From the NCBI RefSeq assembly GCF_006345805.1, contig NC_043000.1, positions 145,824,001 through 145,888,000 of the forward strand: 64,000 bases of DNA, read 5' to 3'. The notes beneath the pieces are model-generated. The model ran no database searches. It was given only the letters and a program-made list of their open reading frames with translations, and was not told where the DNA came from. The position numbers and the translations under genes were made by a program. This stretch comes from Octopus sinensis (lineage: Eukaryota). Shown piece by piece: positions 39,896 through 54,287 of this stretch (the stretch's first letter is position 1; each line of letters starts with the position of its first letter).

Positions 39896-39900
<5 letters not shown>
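39041..39900 (+). mobile_element. Tandem pair of ~410-bp foldback elements (39041-39448, 39493-39900), each carrying a hammerhead motif and separated by (TA)n
   Basis: About 130-bp near-perfect inverted arms (39041-39172 / 39234-39367); the two units differ at only a few bases. Confidence 0.9.
39681..39723 (+). ncRNA. Minimal type I hammerhead ribozyme motif (this copy lacks one A of GAAAC)
   Basis: CCAC-CTGAAGA-T-TGTC-GGTAGCA-GACA-T-GAAC-ATTT-GTA-GTGG: stem I CCAC/GTGG, CUGANGA, stem II TGTC/GACA, GUA site; the inverted arms preserve GAAAC. Confidence 0.65.
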
Positions 39901-39969
<69 letters not shown>

Positions 39970-41232
39970 CTTTAAGCCCATATACTTACATATGTGTGGA
40001 TGCCCATTCGGAAGCATATATGCACAGAGAACTAATATCCCATTGAATATTGCCGGTCATATAATTTAGAATCATCGCGTTTGCAAGATACGGCTTTCAT
40101 ATGAAACCGCTGTCGTCGACGTGTGCGCGCGTTTGAATTAAGAATGTTGATAAGCACGATCTTCCCCATCCAACACCAAACATACTTAAGTTCTATTTAC
40201 GCTGTCTTGAAAAGGACTATGTAAACTGTTTCATCGGTTATATAACAAATCATGTTGACGTTTGTATGCTATTTTATAGGTGAGTAATTTTAATGGTGAG
40301 TAATTTTGAATTGTACCAGTATATAGGCTTAAGTAATTGTGTAACAGTTAAACCTTAGCAACATTTATGTTAAAGAGGTTCTTTCCTAGGCCTTCGTCCA
40401 TAGAAGAACAATGAGCTTGTATGGAATATAGACACTACATTAAGGAAACAAATTATGAAATAAATTGTCGACGTGTCTCTGATTCTATATCTTAAGCTAC
40501 GACTCTTACATGAAATACACGTGCAGATAGCCACGGAAAATCTGTGTAAATAATATTACACTTCGCTACGTTATTGTGATTGTAAAGAAGAGAATTATAG
40601 TAAAATATTTCGATTCTTATGAAATTTGTATGAACATGATCGCCGCTTACATAAAAGAAATTTAATACTGTTTGGAGAAATACTGGAGTTTAATACAGGC
40701 AGACTCATAATCTGGTTAGATTCCTTTTGAAACGTCTTCTCTGCCATAACGACTAGAGTAACTCCGATCTATATTTACTGCGACTAGAAATAAGTCACAG
40801 TACAACCCGTCGAGATTTGGCAGGAAATCAAATGCAACAAAGAATCTCTTTGACAGTGTACACTCTATATCATTTGTCCAACGAAGTTTTACACGTATTG
40901 ATTTTTCAATTTATCCCCATTATATATCGCTTCCTCAGTTGAAAGAACTTCAGAATATCGCAGGTATTTCGAGCAAACATATAATTTAAGTAAATTAAAT
41001 AGCAATATTTTGTTTCCATTTTTCTACTAATCCCATATAATTATAACTTATATCAATAGAGATAGATATCAGCAGAGAACGATATCGTCGTAATTCTCTT
41101 ACGTGGGCCACATACGCCCACGAACACACGCATATGATACACCGGAAAATATAAATTTGCATATATATATATATATATATATATAGTAATAGATATAGAT
41201 ATACACACACATATATATATATATATATATAT

Positions 41233-41524
41233 CTCACGTGATCACGTGACCGACCAGACCATCAAATGTTGTTACACATCGCTGGTCACAATGCGTTCGC
41301 ATTGTTTTAGCCTTCGATTGACGCCACCCCGCTGGCTAAGCGAGCAGGCCAACAGAAGAAAGAGTGAGAGAAAGAGTGGTGAAAGAGTACAGCAGGGATC
41401 ACCACCTACGGCTACATAGATGTTTTCGCTCGATAAACACACACAACACCCGGTCTGGGAATCGAAACCGCGATCCTACGACCGCGAGTCCACTGCCCTA
41501 ACCACTGGGCCATTGCGCCTCCAC
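41233..41524 (-). mobile_element. tRNA-derived SINE inserted in (TA)n
   Basis: Minus strand GTGGAGGCGCAATGGCCCAGTGGTTAGGGCAGTGGACTCGCGGTCG..TTCGATTCCCAGACCGGG; same family at 56357 and 63838. Confidence 0.9.
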
Positions 41525-41529
41525 ATAAT

Positions 41530-41560
<31 letters not shown>

Positions 41561-41593
41561 ATATATATAATATATATAATATATATATATATA

Positions 41594-41643
<50 letters not shown>

Positions 41644-41691
41644 TATATAATATATATATATATATATATATTATATATAATATATATATAT

Positions 41692-41792
<101 letters not shown>

Positions 41793-41865
41793 ATATATCT
41801 ATATCTATTACTATATATATATATATATATATATTTGCACTGGGATTATATGAGCATATAGGTAT

Positions 41866-43050
41866 ATACTACCATTGTAGCTTGTCGTTGCTCGGGATTA
41901 AGTTAGGATTATTAAGCTAATCAAGTGCTTTGTTTCAAACCAAACTAAGTAACACCCACGTGAAATTTGAGCGAAATCCATTGAAATTGGTAAACGTTTG
42001 GCTGAAAATGTGTTGCAGCCAATTTGATTGGGAAGCCCCATAAGGAATTGGCTTATCAATTTTTCCACACATCGATTGTTTTTCTGTTTTTTTTTTGGGG
42101 GGGGGGGGCGTAGAGAACTTAAAGCTTTCAAAGATCCTATGATTCCTAAGCAACTTCAGCATCAAGTTTGAAACAAATACGTCAAAATTGGTAAAAGCTA
42201 TGGGGTAAAAGCTAAAATGGGGTGTAGCCAATTTCTGTGGGAGATTATATGAGGAATCGGTTTACTGATTTTTAATCCTGATTGAATGGAAACCTCATAA
42301 GGAATCAGTTTATTTATTTTTCACCCCAAATAGGACTTAACCGAACACAACATTACTGATTCAAAAAAATCTATATTCATACTTAAAAGTGGGCTTTAAC
42401 ATCCAACCCAGTTCTGCAGAATCAGTGTCGCGACTGGAACGCATGCGTTGGGAGTTTGACCGGCAGAGGTGATCAGGTTGCACATACCGGCCCTTTCAAA
42501 CGCCCCATCATCTAACCACCCACTTGGTCCATGCGTTGGGAGCCCTTTCGACAATGGAAATAGAACGCCCAGACGGGCTCCCGGTCATTTGTGTCAGTAA
42601 AGGTTATGTTCGGAGTATGTTGCCTCACCCTGTTTTTTGGACCCCAAAAATGGTTTTGTAGCTTATTAGGAGATCACAGGAATTACTTTAAACGAAAAAA
42701 AGAATTCCAATGATTCCAGTATGGGGTGGGGGGGCACCCTCACCCTAGCCCACTTTTTCAGAATCGAAATAAGGTTTTGCAGCATATTAAGAGGCCAGGG
42801 TACTTAATTCCACTCCAAAAATCTCAGTTTTTTTTCTTAGTGAAAATCGTGCGGGTGTTAATCTAAAAATTTACCCCTTGGTTTTTTTTTCGCCATTACT
42901 AGACAGGGGACTTAACTCATGTTAGCAAACTTACAGATTTCACTGACATGGAAATTGGTAAAAGTTATGGGTGAAAATCGATTTTTACCGCTATCAGCGG
43001 GTGCCTCAGGGAAAGTAAGTTGACAAAGAGGCAGCCATATTCGTGGGCAC
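41866..43050 (-). mobile_element. Possible non-autonomous Helitron-like element
   Basis: Minus-strand end CCCGAGCAACGAC..ATGGTAGT resembles a decayed hairpin+CTAGT 3' terminus; internally repeated AAATTGGTAAA..TATGGG motifs; no TIR or TSD seen. Confidence 0.3.
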
Positions 43051-43169
43051 TGTTCTAAAATTGGAGCAACATGCATAAATTACATTCATGTTCACGCATA
43101 CACATCCTGCCTTTTATAGATATAGATACATATACATACATGTGTATGTATATATATATATATATAATA

Positions 43170-43200
<31 letters not shown>

Positions 43201-43249
43201 TATACATATATATATATATACATATATATACATATATATATATATATAC

Positions 43250-43290
<41 letters not shown>

Positions 43291-46200
43291 TATATATATA
43301 TATATATATATCTATATATATATATATATATATACATACATATAAAAATATACTATATGTATATGTGTGTATGTGTAAGTGTGTTTCTAAATGAATGAAA
43401 TTCATTTATGAATCTACTACATCAATTTTCTGCTAAAAAGTATAATTTTTTTCGTTATTTTGTAATATATTTATGTTGTTCTTGTTGTTCTTGAATTTGT
43501 TAACGCAATATTATTTTGTAAATATAATTTTCTATTAACTATGTTTGGATTTACTATACAGGGAGCGGATTGACTTTGATAATCAGAAATTATATTTACT
43601 TCATTAATAATAAAGTGAATATTTTTTTCATTCAATCATGTGTACCTTTCTAAGACCCAAATGAGAAAATTAATATGCAAACAACAAATATTACTATAAA
43701 ATTCTAAACTCCAAGAAAATTTGGTCTATCATGCATACGTGACCAGAAGTGATTAACGATTCTCCAGTGAAAGACAAGATAAATAAATTTTATAAATCGA
43801 TATATTTGATACAAGTATCACGCTATGCAGACTAATTGCAGAAAACGATTTGAACATGGTATCTTTGGAGGATCATCCTGAAAGTTGATGAATTTCCTAA
43901 TCTACACTCTAGGTTATGTAATCTATGTAGTTCAATCCTTGCGGATGGCTCCATGTGTATTTTGGGCCACCTTGAGTTACCGCTCAAAAATGTTTATAAT
44001 ACATTTTAATATCTTAATGAAATACTCGTACGCCTTGACTATTTACTGATGTACTCTTAATATTAGTTCTAAATTTTGGCGCAAGTCTTGCAAGTTCGTG
44101 AGAGGGGTAAGTCGATTCCTCCTACTCCCGAACTTGCAGGCCATGCGCCAAAATTCGGAACCAATTTCAGCGTACTGTATGCCGCATCAACTGATAATAG
44201 TATGAACTTTTTTCCGTTTGAGAAGTACTTCGAATGCCAGATAAAATATATGTTTGTTATACAGCAGGGATTTGATTTCTTCTATTAGATAAAAAAAATA
44301 GTCGATCATAATTTGCGTATTAGTAATTTATGGACTCTAATTAGAGTAAACAAATGTACCAGATCATTTTAATATAATCATTAGTGTGACCATCTGGATT
44401 ATGTCAGCCACAGGTTTAGCTTCTGCTTTTTAATATGGCTAATCAAATTTAATAATTCCAATAAACTATCTAAATTTTGTGCTTTAACATCTGCTATAAA
44501 TACTAATTCATCTGCTGAAGATTATTTTCAAATCATAATATAATAAAAAATTTAGATGTTTAATATGAAATGTACTTTAACTAGCGTAACACTAATTCCT
44601 ATAATATAACAAGAGTTCTTGTATGCAAGTCGGAATAGATACAAGTAAAGTAGCTTGTGCACTGTCACCATATGTGATCTAATATGATTAGACTGTGTGC
44701 ATATTGGGTCGCTTTGCTATTATTGTAAGCAAGATCATCTGGATTTCGGCAGGTGCGGTATTTGGTTAGTCCGTTCCGTAATATAGGTCATCTTGGATTG
44801 GTGCATCGAACGGATTTAGATTAATTTATTTTTATTATTGAAAATCAATATTTTTACTTTGTGATTTGATACTAAGCTAGTTTATAGTATAGTTTCAGTA
44901 TAATATGTACATAGAATACTATCTAAACCTAAAATTAGACATTTAAGAAAAATACCTTTGAAAGCTAAAAATTAGTATTTGAGATAGCAGCAGATCAAAG
45001 CTAAAAATTGGTATCTAAAGTAGCAATACAACACTTAAAGAAAGACGATATAAAGCAAATACATCTAATGTGATAAATCAAAGTATACAAACAAGAAGAA
45101 AAGCACAATAATAAATTAGGCATTAAAAGGCGAATATATAAATCACTAGGAATGCTCTTAAGGAAAGAAAACAAAATCAATGTACATAGTTTAACAAAAT
45201 AAAGTAAAACTTTAGTATACTTACTGCTTTCTACGACGAAAAGTGCGAACAACATCAATGAATATAGAAATACAAGTTAATATGAGACTTATCTGTTGAT
45301 AATTCGAAAGCCGAGAATTATTAATATGGAAATATTCGAATAACATATCCGTAATCAAGCTATACAACAATTAATCACCGCAAAACCGTAACTAATCGTT
45401 TCTTTGAAAAATGATGATTCAAATCAATGTTTTTTCATCAAGTATTGCGCGAAATTTCTATAGCTACAACTGGAAGAAGGATACAAAAAAATATAAAATA
45501 GGCGTAGAATTGAAGATTTTCAAAATTTGGGTAAAACTGATGCATTCTGACCCACACCCTATACAATATATATAATATCATTTGATTTTATGCAAATGGT
45601 AATTGATAAGGTACATTAAAACTACAAGATTGTTGAACAAGGTAAATCATATATACAAATTTGCATTTATAAACGTGAGAATGCACTTTTTCCACACACT
45701 CACCCACCATATATGTATGCGTGTGCATAAATGGATACATCTATGTGTATGTGTGTGTATGTGTGGATGAAGTGACATACATGAGGATAATATATATCCT
45801 GTCTTGGGAAGGAAACAACGATCTTTATCTCATGAGCGTAGCAACGTCTTCTCGAGGTAACGTGCCCTCGTATACTATAGGTATACGTAAGATATATAGA
45901 TATACTCATAACACATCCCTGAAAACACTGCAATTCAGAAAGATTATCACAAAACAAAATTGCGCATACATAAATTAATCAGATATTTATCACATATAAT
46001 TCCCATGTCATGTATTTTAAAAGCATATAGATATCGACATTACTGAAATTAATTTAATACCCAAATCAAGAATATCATTTACCAATGTAACTCGAAGGTT
46101 ACACGCTTTTATTTGATACACATTTTCAGTTTAAGTAGCATATAGTAAACAAAAATATCATGAATGGTAAAGCTCTGCAGGCATCACTTCTGAATTTAGG

Positions 46201-47929
46201 CAACAAATATTATTCTGTGCCTTTCGGTCAGATGTCTTTTATGTATAAACTCTGTTCCAGAAAAGACTGTAATTGAAAGCAAGTTGCATTGCAAATTACG
46301 TGATAATTAAAGAGTCGGCTATTGTACATCAAATATAAAACATTCTTGCATTCATAAGAAATATACTTTTCGTAAGAGTTATCTATATCAGTCAAAAATG
46401 TTGAAAATCATACACTTACACCTACGCACGCGCGCCAAATGTATAAATATTTAAACCACCTGATGAATGACTGTAACTCGAAAATTTAAAGAAATTAACA
46501 GCCATGAAACGATCGTAGTGATATATTAATTATATTTTTTTAATAATTTTGTTATATATTTAAATAATATAAATTAAATAATCTTATGTAAATAATCTTA
46601 AGTTTTTCATTGTATGATTTGCCTAATAGTGGTTTTGTCTCTAATTTAATATATATATATATTTATGTATGTATGTGTGTATGTATGTATGTATATGCAT
46701 GCAAATACATTGATAAAATATTACATACACTAACGGCGATGCTCCAGTGTGGCTTTCACCATGGCGGCATAAACAGCCAAACAGAAAATAAAACTAAAAA
46801 ATATGCTTTTACACTCACACACAAAAGCACATGAGAAAACGAATAAACATCTAAATTCCAACTTAATAGCCATTATGTCTGCTTTTATTAAATCATTAGG
46901 GAGGCCTGTTTAGCTTTAGATATTGTAAATATTTACGCAGTTTATTAATTCCTCGTAACTTAGGGGGAAAAAACGTGTTTATGCTTCTCCATTTCACTCC
47001 ATGCATTTTGGAGTACATATTATGTGTGTGAAAATGATAAAGTGCATGTGTGATTTAATAGCTCTTTGTTTTATATGTGTTTTGGTGCGTCTTGTTGAGT
47101 ATTTCAAATTAGATTTAGTGCTTAAACAATCATTTATTAAATGCTATAATTGCAGGCAGTAAGACAATGAGTAAATATTTGTTGTCGGTATTGGATTCGA
47201 GTATGATGAATTACGAGAATTCAAATAGGGAATATTATAATTACCCACGGCGGACTGTGGTAAATATATTTCATTGATTAATTACTGCTGATAGAGAGTT
47301 ATTATTTCCATTACAATTTTGTTGGGGTTATATATGTTTTACTCTAATGGAGCTGTGCCACCGCTGCAATATAGATTTAGTAGTAAATTATTATTACTCT
47401 ATGTTACAGCTAATGTTTTACGCAGAATATGTGTGCTTCCTAAGAAGTCATGTTTTAAAATACAGATATGTAAAGCTTCCCAGTCAATTATTCAATTCTC
47501 AGTATATTTCTGGATGTTGTATCAGAATACTTAATGGTGCTATTCATTGTCCTCATTATAATAGAAAAAAATCATCGTTATTATTACATCAGAGCAACGA
47601 ACACAATAAACCATGACATTTCTTCTTTCGCTTAATATATTGCGTTCAAATCCCGCTCAGGTCAGATTTGTATCGAGTCTCGTCGATGTAGATAAATAAA
47701 GCACTAGGCCAAGTACTGGAATCAATTCATTGGACGAAATCCTCCATTAAAATCGATGCCATAGTGTCTAATTTCAATATTCTGAAGGCAATAGGCAACA
47801 AGTTAAGAGAACCATTATTTCCATGGTCAAATACTCCAGAAATGAAATTGAATTTTATTACACCAGCTTCGATAAAATAAGTACCAGTAAAAATTACTGG
47901 CGTTGTAACGATATTTGAAGGAATTTGTG

Positions 47930-48125
47930 GTGCCAAAAATCGTTAGCACGCCGGTAAAATATTTGTCAGCTTTCGTTCCGGCTCTTTACATGATGAATTC
48001 AGATTCCACCGAGGTCAAACTTGCTTTTCGTCCTTCTGGGGTCCATTAAATAGGTTAAGCATTTGCGTCCGTGTAATCGGCTAACCTCGTACATCAAAAT
48101 TTCAAGCCTTGTGTCTATAGTAGAA
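47930..48125 (+). mobile_element. Degraded SINE (341 family)
   Basis: ATCGTTAGCACGCCGG..AATTCAGATTCCACCGAGGTCAAACTTGCTTTTCGTCCT..TAGTAGAAAGGATTATT. Confidence 0.7.
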
Positions 48126-48699
48126 AGGATTATTATTATTATTATTATTATTATTAGTAGTAGTAGTAGTAGTAGTAGTAGTAGCATCATCATCATCATC
48201 ATCACTAGCAGCAGCAGAAGCATCATCGGTATCAGCAGCAGTAGCAGAAGTATCATCATCACCACCACCAACCAGAACAACATCATTTACGTTGTTGTAG
48301 TTATGTTTTATAACAGCTTTTTTTCAATTCTCAACCAGAGACCTGAAGTAAAACCAACTAGCAGGTTTTTGGCAAGGTGTTATTTATGATTGGTACTGAT
48401 ATATTGTAGAGGAAATAGACCGAATCTGAGAACTAAGATTCTGTTAAATTTGCGATATTTCAATTTTCAACAAGTTTTTAAATAATCAGGTACTTTCAGC
48501 TTGACAATGTTTCTCTTAGAATGTAGACCAAGGAAGATAAAATTCTTAGCGTCATTTCTTCCGCCTCTACGTTCGGAATTCAAATTCCACAGAGTGCAAA
48601 TTTATCTTTCATTATTTCGATGTCGATAAAACTAGATAGTAGTCAAGTTTCCTATTCGTAAAGTGTGTTTCAGGTTTTGTGAGGAGTTTGCTGCAAGGA

Positions 48700-48785
48700 A
48701 GAATTTCAACCATGTTTCGTGGTCTGCTACCACAACAGCTCCTTTATAGTATACAGTTAGCGCAAGACATCATCAGGAGGAACCA
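48700..48785 (-). ncRNA. Degenerate hammerhead-like motif
   Basis: Minus strand CTGATGA...GTGGT-AGCAG-ACCAC-GAAAC-ATG-GTT; stem I pairing poor. Confidence 0.35.
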
Positions 48786-49713
48786 CGTCCGGTTTCAGCC
48801 CCTACTCGTCTACCGTTTTGACGTGGCGCCTCTGCTTTTTCGGGAGTCTCTTCAGCTCTGGTATTGAGTGCATGTCTTCTTTTTCCTTCTTTCTTCTGTT
48901 CCCTGGCTTCTACGATGTAGCGTCAACGAGTGTTAACGGACAAGTTACTGTCTTGTCAAATTTCCCTTTAAATACCCGCTTCTAAATCTCTCTCGTGTAT
49001 ATATTTTTCTGTAGAAGTTTTATATGTATTGCACACATTTACCATTATTATTTGGATAAGCATATCACATGCGTTTACAAAACTACCCAAAATAAAGGAC
49101 AATTAAAACCCTTAAAACATAACTAGCGTCACATTTCCCACTAAAGTCCCAATTCTAATGGCCAAAATGTATGCCCGTCCTATACACTCAAATTGTATTA
49201 ATACTGTAGCAGACAACTCTTATAAACGCAAATCATTATGTCTTCACTGTAAAGTATTGGTTCACCTTTTTCGTCAAAAACGCGACCTTATAATATTAAA
49301 TGCAATGGTTGTAAAAACGATCACAAAGGGCAAATAGGAGTTGCTTTGATGACAAGATTCACTATCCATGGGCAAGAAATGCGAGATTCTACGACTAGCG
49401 TCCTCTATGTGAACATTTAATGTTATGTGCAACGAAAAAGATCATCAAAATTCCTTCCCATTTATATTGTTCCGAAACAACCATAAATACGCTCAAACAT
49501 ATGTTTATGAAAGCATAAATTACGAATGAATAATCTGTAACACCATATCGTAGAGATCTATAACCGTTGATTTACATAGAATTTGAAACAGAAGCTAATC
49601 GAGTAATGACTTTATCGATTGACTAACCAACTGCTTTCTTTGGATAAGACATCAAATTGAATGACTGAATGACCTCGGGAAAAATTTAGTCAAATTCCAG
49701 AATTGCATTTCAT

Positions 49714-49742
49714 AACGTCACGAGGGATCTAACCAATCAGAA
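49714..49742. promoter_or_regulatory. Possible promoter-proximal motifs (CRE half-site plus CCAAT box)
   Basis: AACGTCACG followed ~10 nt later by AACCAATCAG in non-repetitive DNA; motif match only. Confidence 0.2.
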
Positions 49743-50203
49743 ATTGTACAGCACTGATGTGTCACTTCAAGAAATACTAGAACGGCAAAAGAAACGAATG
49801 CAACGAAGAGTAACCTCAAGTTTATTTCTATATTCGACTTTATCATGGCAGCTAACGTCAAATATGACTTATTGCCACATGACATTTCTACGTAGAAACA
49901 ACTACCAGAAATCTTTTTTGCTGTGACAAAAACAGAGTAGCTCTAGAACTCTCCATATCATGTAATTTTTGGAAATCATAAAGCTGTGAAACTAGATAAC
50001 TAATGTAAAGAATGTTTTTTTTTCATTTTCTTTTACCATACGTAAAACTCACACACTTTTTAATATATAGTGCAAGTTAAGATACAGGTCTAGTAATAAA
50101 TGTTTAGAACTCTGTGTGTTGAGTTATAACGTGAAAAAGAGAGTGAAAAGCATTTGAGTCATTTATTGGAAATATTTTGCTACTCATCTCGGACGGATAT
50201 ATA

Positions 50204-50252
<49 letters not shown>

Positions 50253-50949
50253 GTTGGGAGTTGTGCTTTCACTTGTTTGGTCGAGAAAAAACTGCTACCG
50301 AATTTACGCTTATGTGGCGGCCGGTTCCAATGATTTTTCTACATCGTAACTTTTTAAAGTAACTCTCAGTAGGTAACATAGTAAGTAAATTACACTCAGC
50401 GGTTTTCTATTCAGTTTCTGTCTACTTAAGATCATTCAAAGTCCTGGATTCAATTCTCGGGCGCTGCGTGGCTTCTTGGCTTTCTGAAATTTTCTCCTGC
50501 CTGTTATCGACCTACATATGTATATACGTGGTGTATACCGAATAGAAAAATTATCTGAATATAATTATTCCATTATATCTGAATATAAAATAGATCATTA
50601 TATTCAGATAATTTTTCATTCATACGATGGGGATTAGAACACCGCTCTCTTGTTTTGCAAGTGAAGATAAAATAATAATTCTTTGCGGTCACGTAACTGT
50701 TTAAAGCACAGGCGCTATGACTTTGGAGCACTCTTTACTGTATAGGTGAACTATAACGACTACTATTGCTCGCGTGGTGAGTTACTTCCCGCTGGAAGAC
50801 ACAAAGCAAAAGGGTTTCTCCAAAGGTTAGTGATATTTTTGACAGTCATGCTGAACAGTGTTGTTATTGTTAAAACATTTTTGTGTGATCATTTTTTTTG
50901 GTCTGCCTTTCGGTTTATTTTACCCCTAGTTTGAGGGGAAGAGCGCTGA

Positions 50950-52080
50950 GTTATTATGCAGTCGTATTCCGACTTACAGTCCTCTGAGGAGGTATTGCGC
51001 AGATGCGTTGATAGCATGGACAAGCTGAAGGGAGGAAAGAATTTTGCAGCAGTGGGTGGTAATTCGATTGAGGAGGTACAAATAAGTAACAAAGAGTTGG
51101 ATAAATTGGTGTGTCCCCGTCAAAGGAAGTAAGTCATAAAGTAGAAAAACAATTGTGTATAAAACGTTTGAATTGGAAAAGAAAATGTTAGATAGAGTAT
51201 CAAAGGAAAAAACAAACAAAAAATGCCTGAAAGACATGGAACGACATTACATACGTTAACATATAAAGCAAGTACACCACAGTGGATCTGCGGTTTAAAA
51301 CAAGAAAGGACCAAATATTATTCTATGGCCTCCAGAAATACGGCAGAAGTGGTTCTCCTTCAAACTTACCTTGGGACACGTGCTTCAAGAGTAAGGATGG
51401 CTGAGATACCACCAGAAGTGGAGTTTAGCTGGGTTGTGGCAGCTATTATAATGGGGATGGATGATACAATTTCCATCCTACAAATTATCAAAGTCTCGCA
51501 ACGCAACTGGCTAGGGAAAAGGATTAAAATGATCATCGAGGCCTCTACAGAGGTGCTAGAGAATATAACTAACACCATTTGGATACACCATGACAGAAAA
51601 TTGAGTGTTAGTGGAGGGCAGGAGGGCGATGTTTCAAGTGTAGTCAGATAGGCCACATATGAGGAGACTGTCCTCTACTACCAGCGGTAACACCACTATT
51701 TGGCCCCGGCGAAAAAGTAACCGCACCTCCATCTACTGAAGGAGCAGAAAAGGCGAAGAAACAAGAGAGAGAACAGCGATTAATCGACAGTGACAGAGGG
51801 AAAAAGAAAAAGAAAGAAAACATGTTCACTACCCAAGGACTCCAGTCCCCACCATTCTCCCGCTCCAGTTCCTTTAAACCCCGCTGTATCTGGTCCTCCC
51901 AATGCAGACACCAATCCCGTTCCCGCCCCACCTGCCTCGAATACCAACCCTCTCCACTACAGAAACACATGCAAACACAACAATTTGTCAAACCCACCAA
52001 CAGTCACCCCTAAGGAAAAAGAGCCTAACCTTAACGTCCGATTGAAGAAATACAAAAACGACGTACGACGGGCGACATGA
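50950..52080 (+). mobile_element. Degraded non-LTR retrotransposon ORF1 (gag-like) with CCHC zinc knuckle
   Basis: ORF 51223-51651 continues via frameshift into RCFKCSQIGHI*GDCP (CX2CX4HX4C, 51627-51674), then a Pro/Lys-rich tail; no ORF2 visible. Confidence 0.7.
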
Positions 52081-52139
52081 TGAAATTCGACGTGAGTGGT
52101 TTTTATGGAGTACCCGGTGCCATGCGGTCGATGTGTGAG

Positions 52140-52315
52140 ATATTCCCGGGAAAAATTCATTTGGAACAGTTGATACACTATTTGGTGTTGAGTGTTATAT
52201 CAGCACCGAAATGATGAAAAGCAAAGTCGACACTAGCAGAATTTGACTTCAGATAGTAAAGAGCTTGAAGAAATGCCCCCAAGCAATTTGTCTGACATGC
52301 TAACGATTGTACCAG
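52140..52315 (-). mobile_element. Degraded SINE (341 family)
   Basis: GATGAAAAGCAAAGTCGACAC..GAATTTGA..TGCTAACGATTGTACCAGC. Confidence 0.55.
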
Positions 52316-52875
52316 CATTTATAATAATCGTTTCTTTTTCGTGACTAAGTCACATTCGATTAAACATTTCAAAGACGTAAAATATGGTCATAAATCTACT
52401 CTGAAGCTATTCATTCGCTTAAATATAACACATAGTGTTTCTGTCATCAAGGAATTGTTAAAGAGGTTAAAAGTGAACATTCATTGGTGTATGAAACAAT
52501 CTCATCAATTTTACATGACGCAAGGATACCATAAGACCTTTCTGTAATTTAGAATACCTTGCTGAATTAGTAAAACAAGAAGAGAAAGAGAAGATGAATA
52601 ATTCCTGCTGTTGTGGAATTTTCATAATTTATGTAAATGGTAGTAAAAGTAAATTTGATGTATGCCGAAATTACTACTCCAATGCGTCTACAGTAAAATG
52701 TAATAAACCTTTTCATATTTACACACACACACACACACACACATAATTACATACACCGCATAGAAACTCTAAATATAAAAATTTCATGTAGTAACTAATT
52801 CAAGCAATGAGTCATGGATTTATTCCCAATAAATAAACACATGTTGGGAACAGTCATACAGTCATAGGTAGATGG

Positions 52876-53018
<143 letters not shown>

Positions 53019-53790
53019 CTAATGCATGATTTATAGATTCATGTTTTAATTAAATACTACCTTAATTGCGCATACCAGATTTATAATAACCAGGCTGGTA
53101 TTTTTTTCTATATTGGAAATGATAGAGAAGACATTCTCGTCTTAGCAGGAGTCTGGTTTCAAGTACAAGCCTTTGAAAGGGCCCAATATAGCTGAGAATG
53201 GCAGTTGCTTGGTCGAAGTTTCGCTTATTTTCGATACACACACACACACGCATCAATATACGCATGCTGATATGAAATATATGATATATATGTCTCTAAA
53301 TGCATGCACAAATGCATATGTATGTATGTTTCTATGTTTGTATCTATGTAATTTCATGTGCATGTGAAACAGCGAGACTCGTGACAATGCACTTCATATT
53401 CATCCTTAATAAGTCTTGGCAGAAATGAACGTGAATATTTTAATAGCTGTTGTATTTCAACATCGGAGAACTCCTTTCAGACGATGCGTACTTCGAACAC
53501 CCTCGATTCGTTGTCATGGAGAAACAATTTATTTATTCACGATCAAATTTTTATGGGTATATCAAGCGCAAATATTTAGAGAATTTTTATGATGCTCGTA
53601 GTTTTAAGAGTACAAGGCAATTCATTATGGATTAGGAGGAGCTCAGCGAACATCAACAATACTTGTTTCATGAAATATATTGCCAAGAACCAATTTTTTC
53701 CGATTACTTTGTATATTATGGTCCTTATTTCTATCCACCCACCCATCCATCCATCCATCCATCCATCCATCCATCCATCCATCCATCCAT

Positions 53791-53835
<45 letters not shown>

Positions 53836-53940
53836 CATCACTCTTCCTCCCTTTTCTTCCCTTCTCGCTTTCTCTCTTTTCTCCACTAGCTCTCTCTCTC
53901 TCTCTTTATGTGTGTGTGCGCGTGTGTTTATATATATGTA

Positions 53941-53979
<39 letters not shown>

Positions 53980-54090
53980 TGGATGTATTGTGTATGTAAA
54001 TGTATATGTATATAAAAATATGTATAGAATGTGCATAAATATAAATATATTTATATTTATAGTTCTGTATTCAAGAAACGAGGAAATATG

Positions 54091-54228
54091 TACATAATTT
54101 ACATTTGACGGATATTTGTCCTCGTCTTGTTTGTTGTTAACACTTTTCGGCTGATATACTCTCCAGCATTCATCACGTGTCTTGGAGAAATTTCAAACCT
54201 GGGTTCTCCTTGCTAAGGTATTTTTCGA

Positions 54229-54287
<59 letters not shown>

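Noticed and set aside
45224-45345. Possible minus-strand exon ending at a GTAAGT donor
   Set aside because: No recognisable product or clear acceptor; could be chance
50546-50617. Small inverted repeat GAAAAATTATCTGAATATA / TATATTCAGATAATTTTT
   Set aside because: Short and AT-rich with no TSD; not enough to call an element
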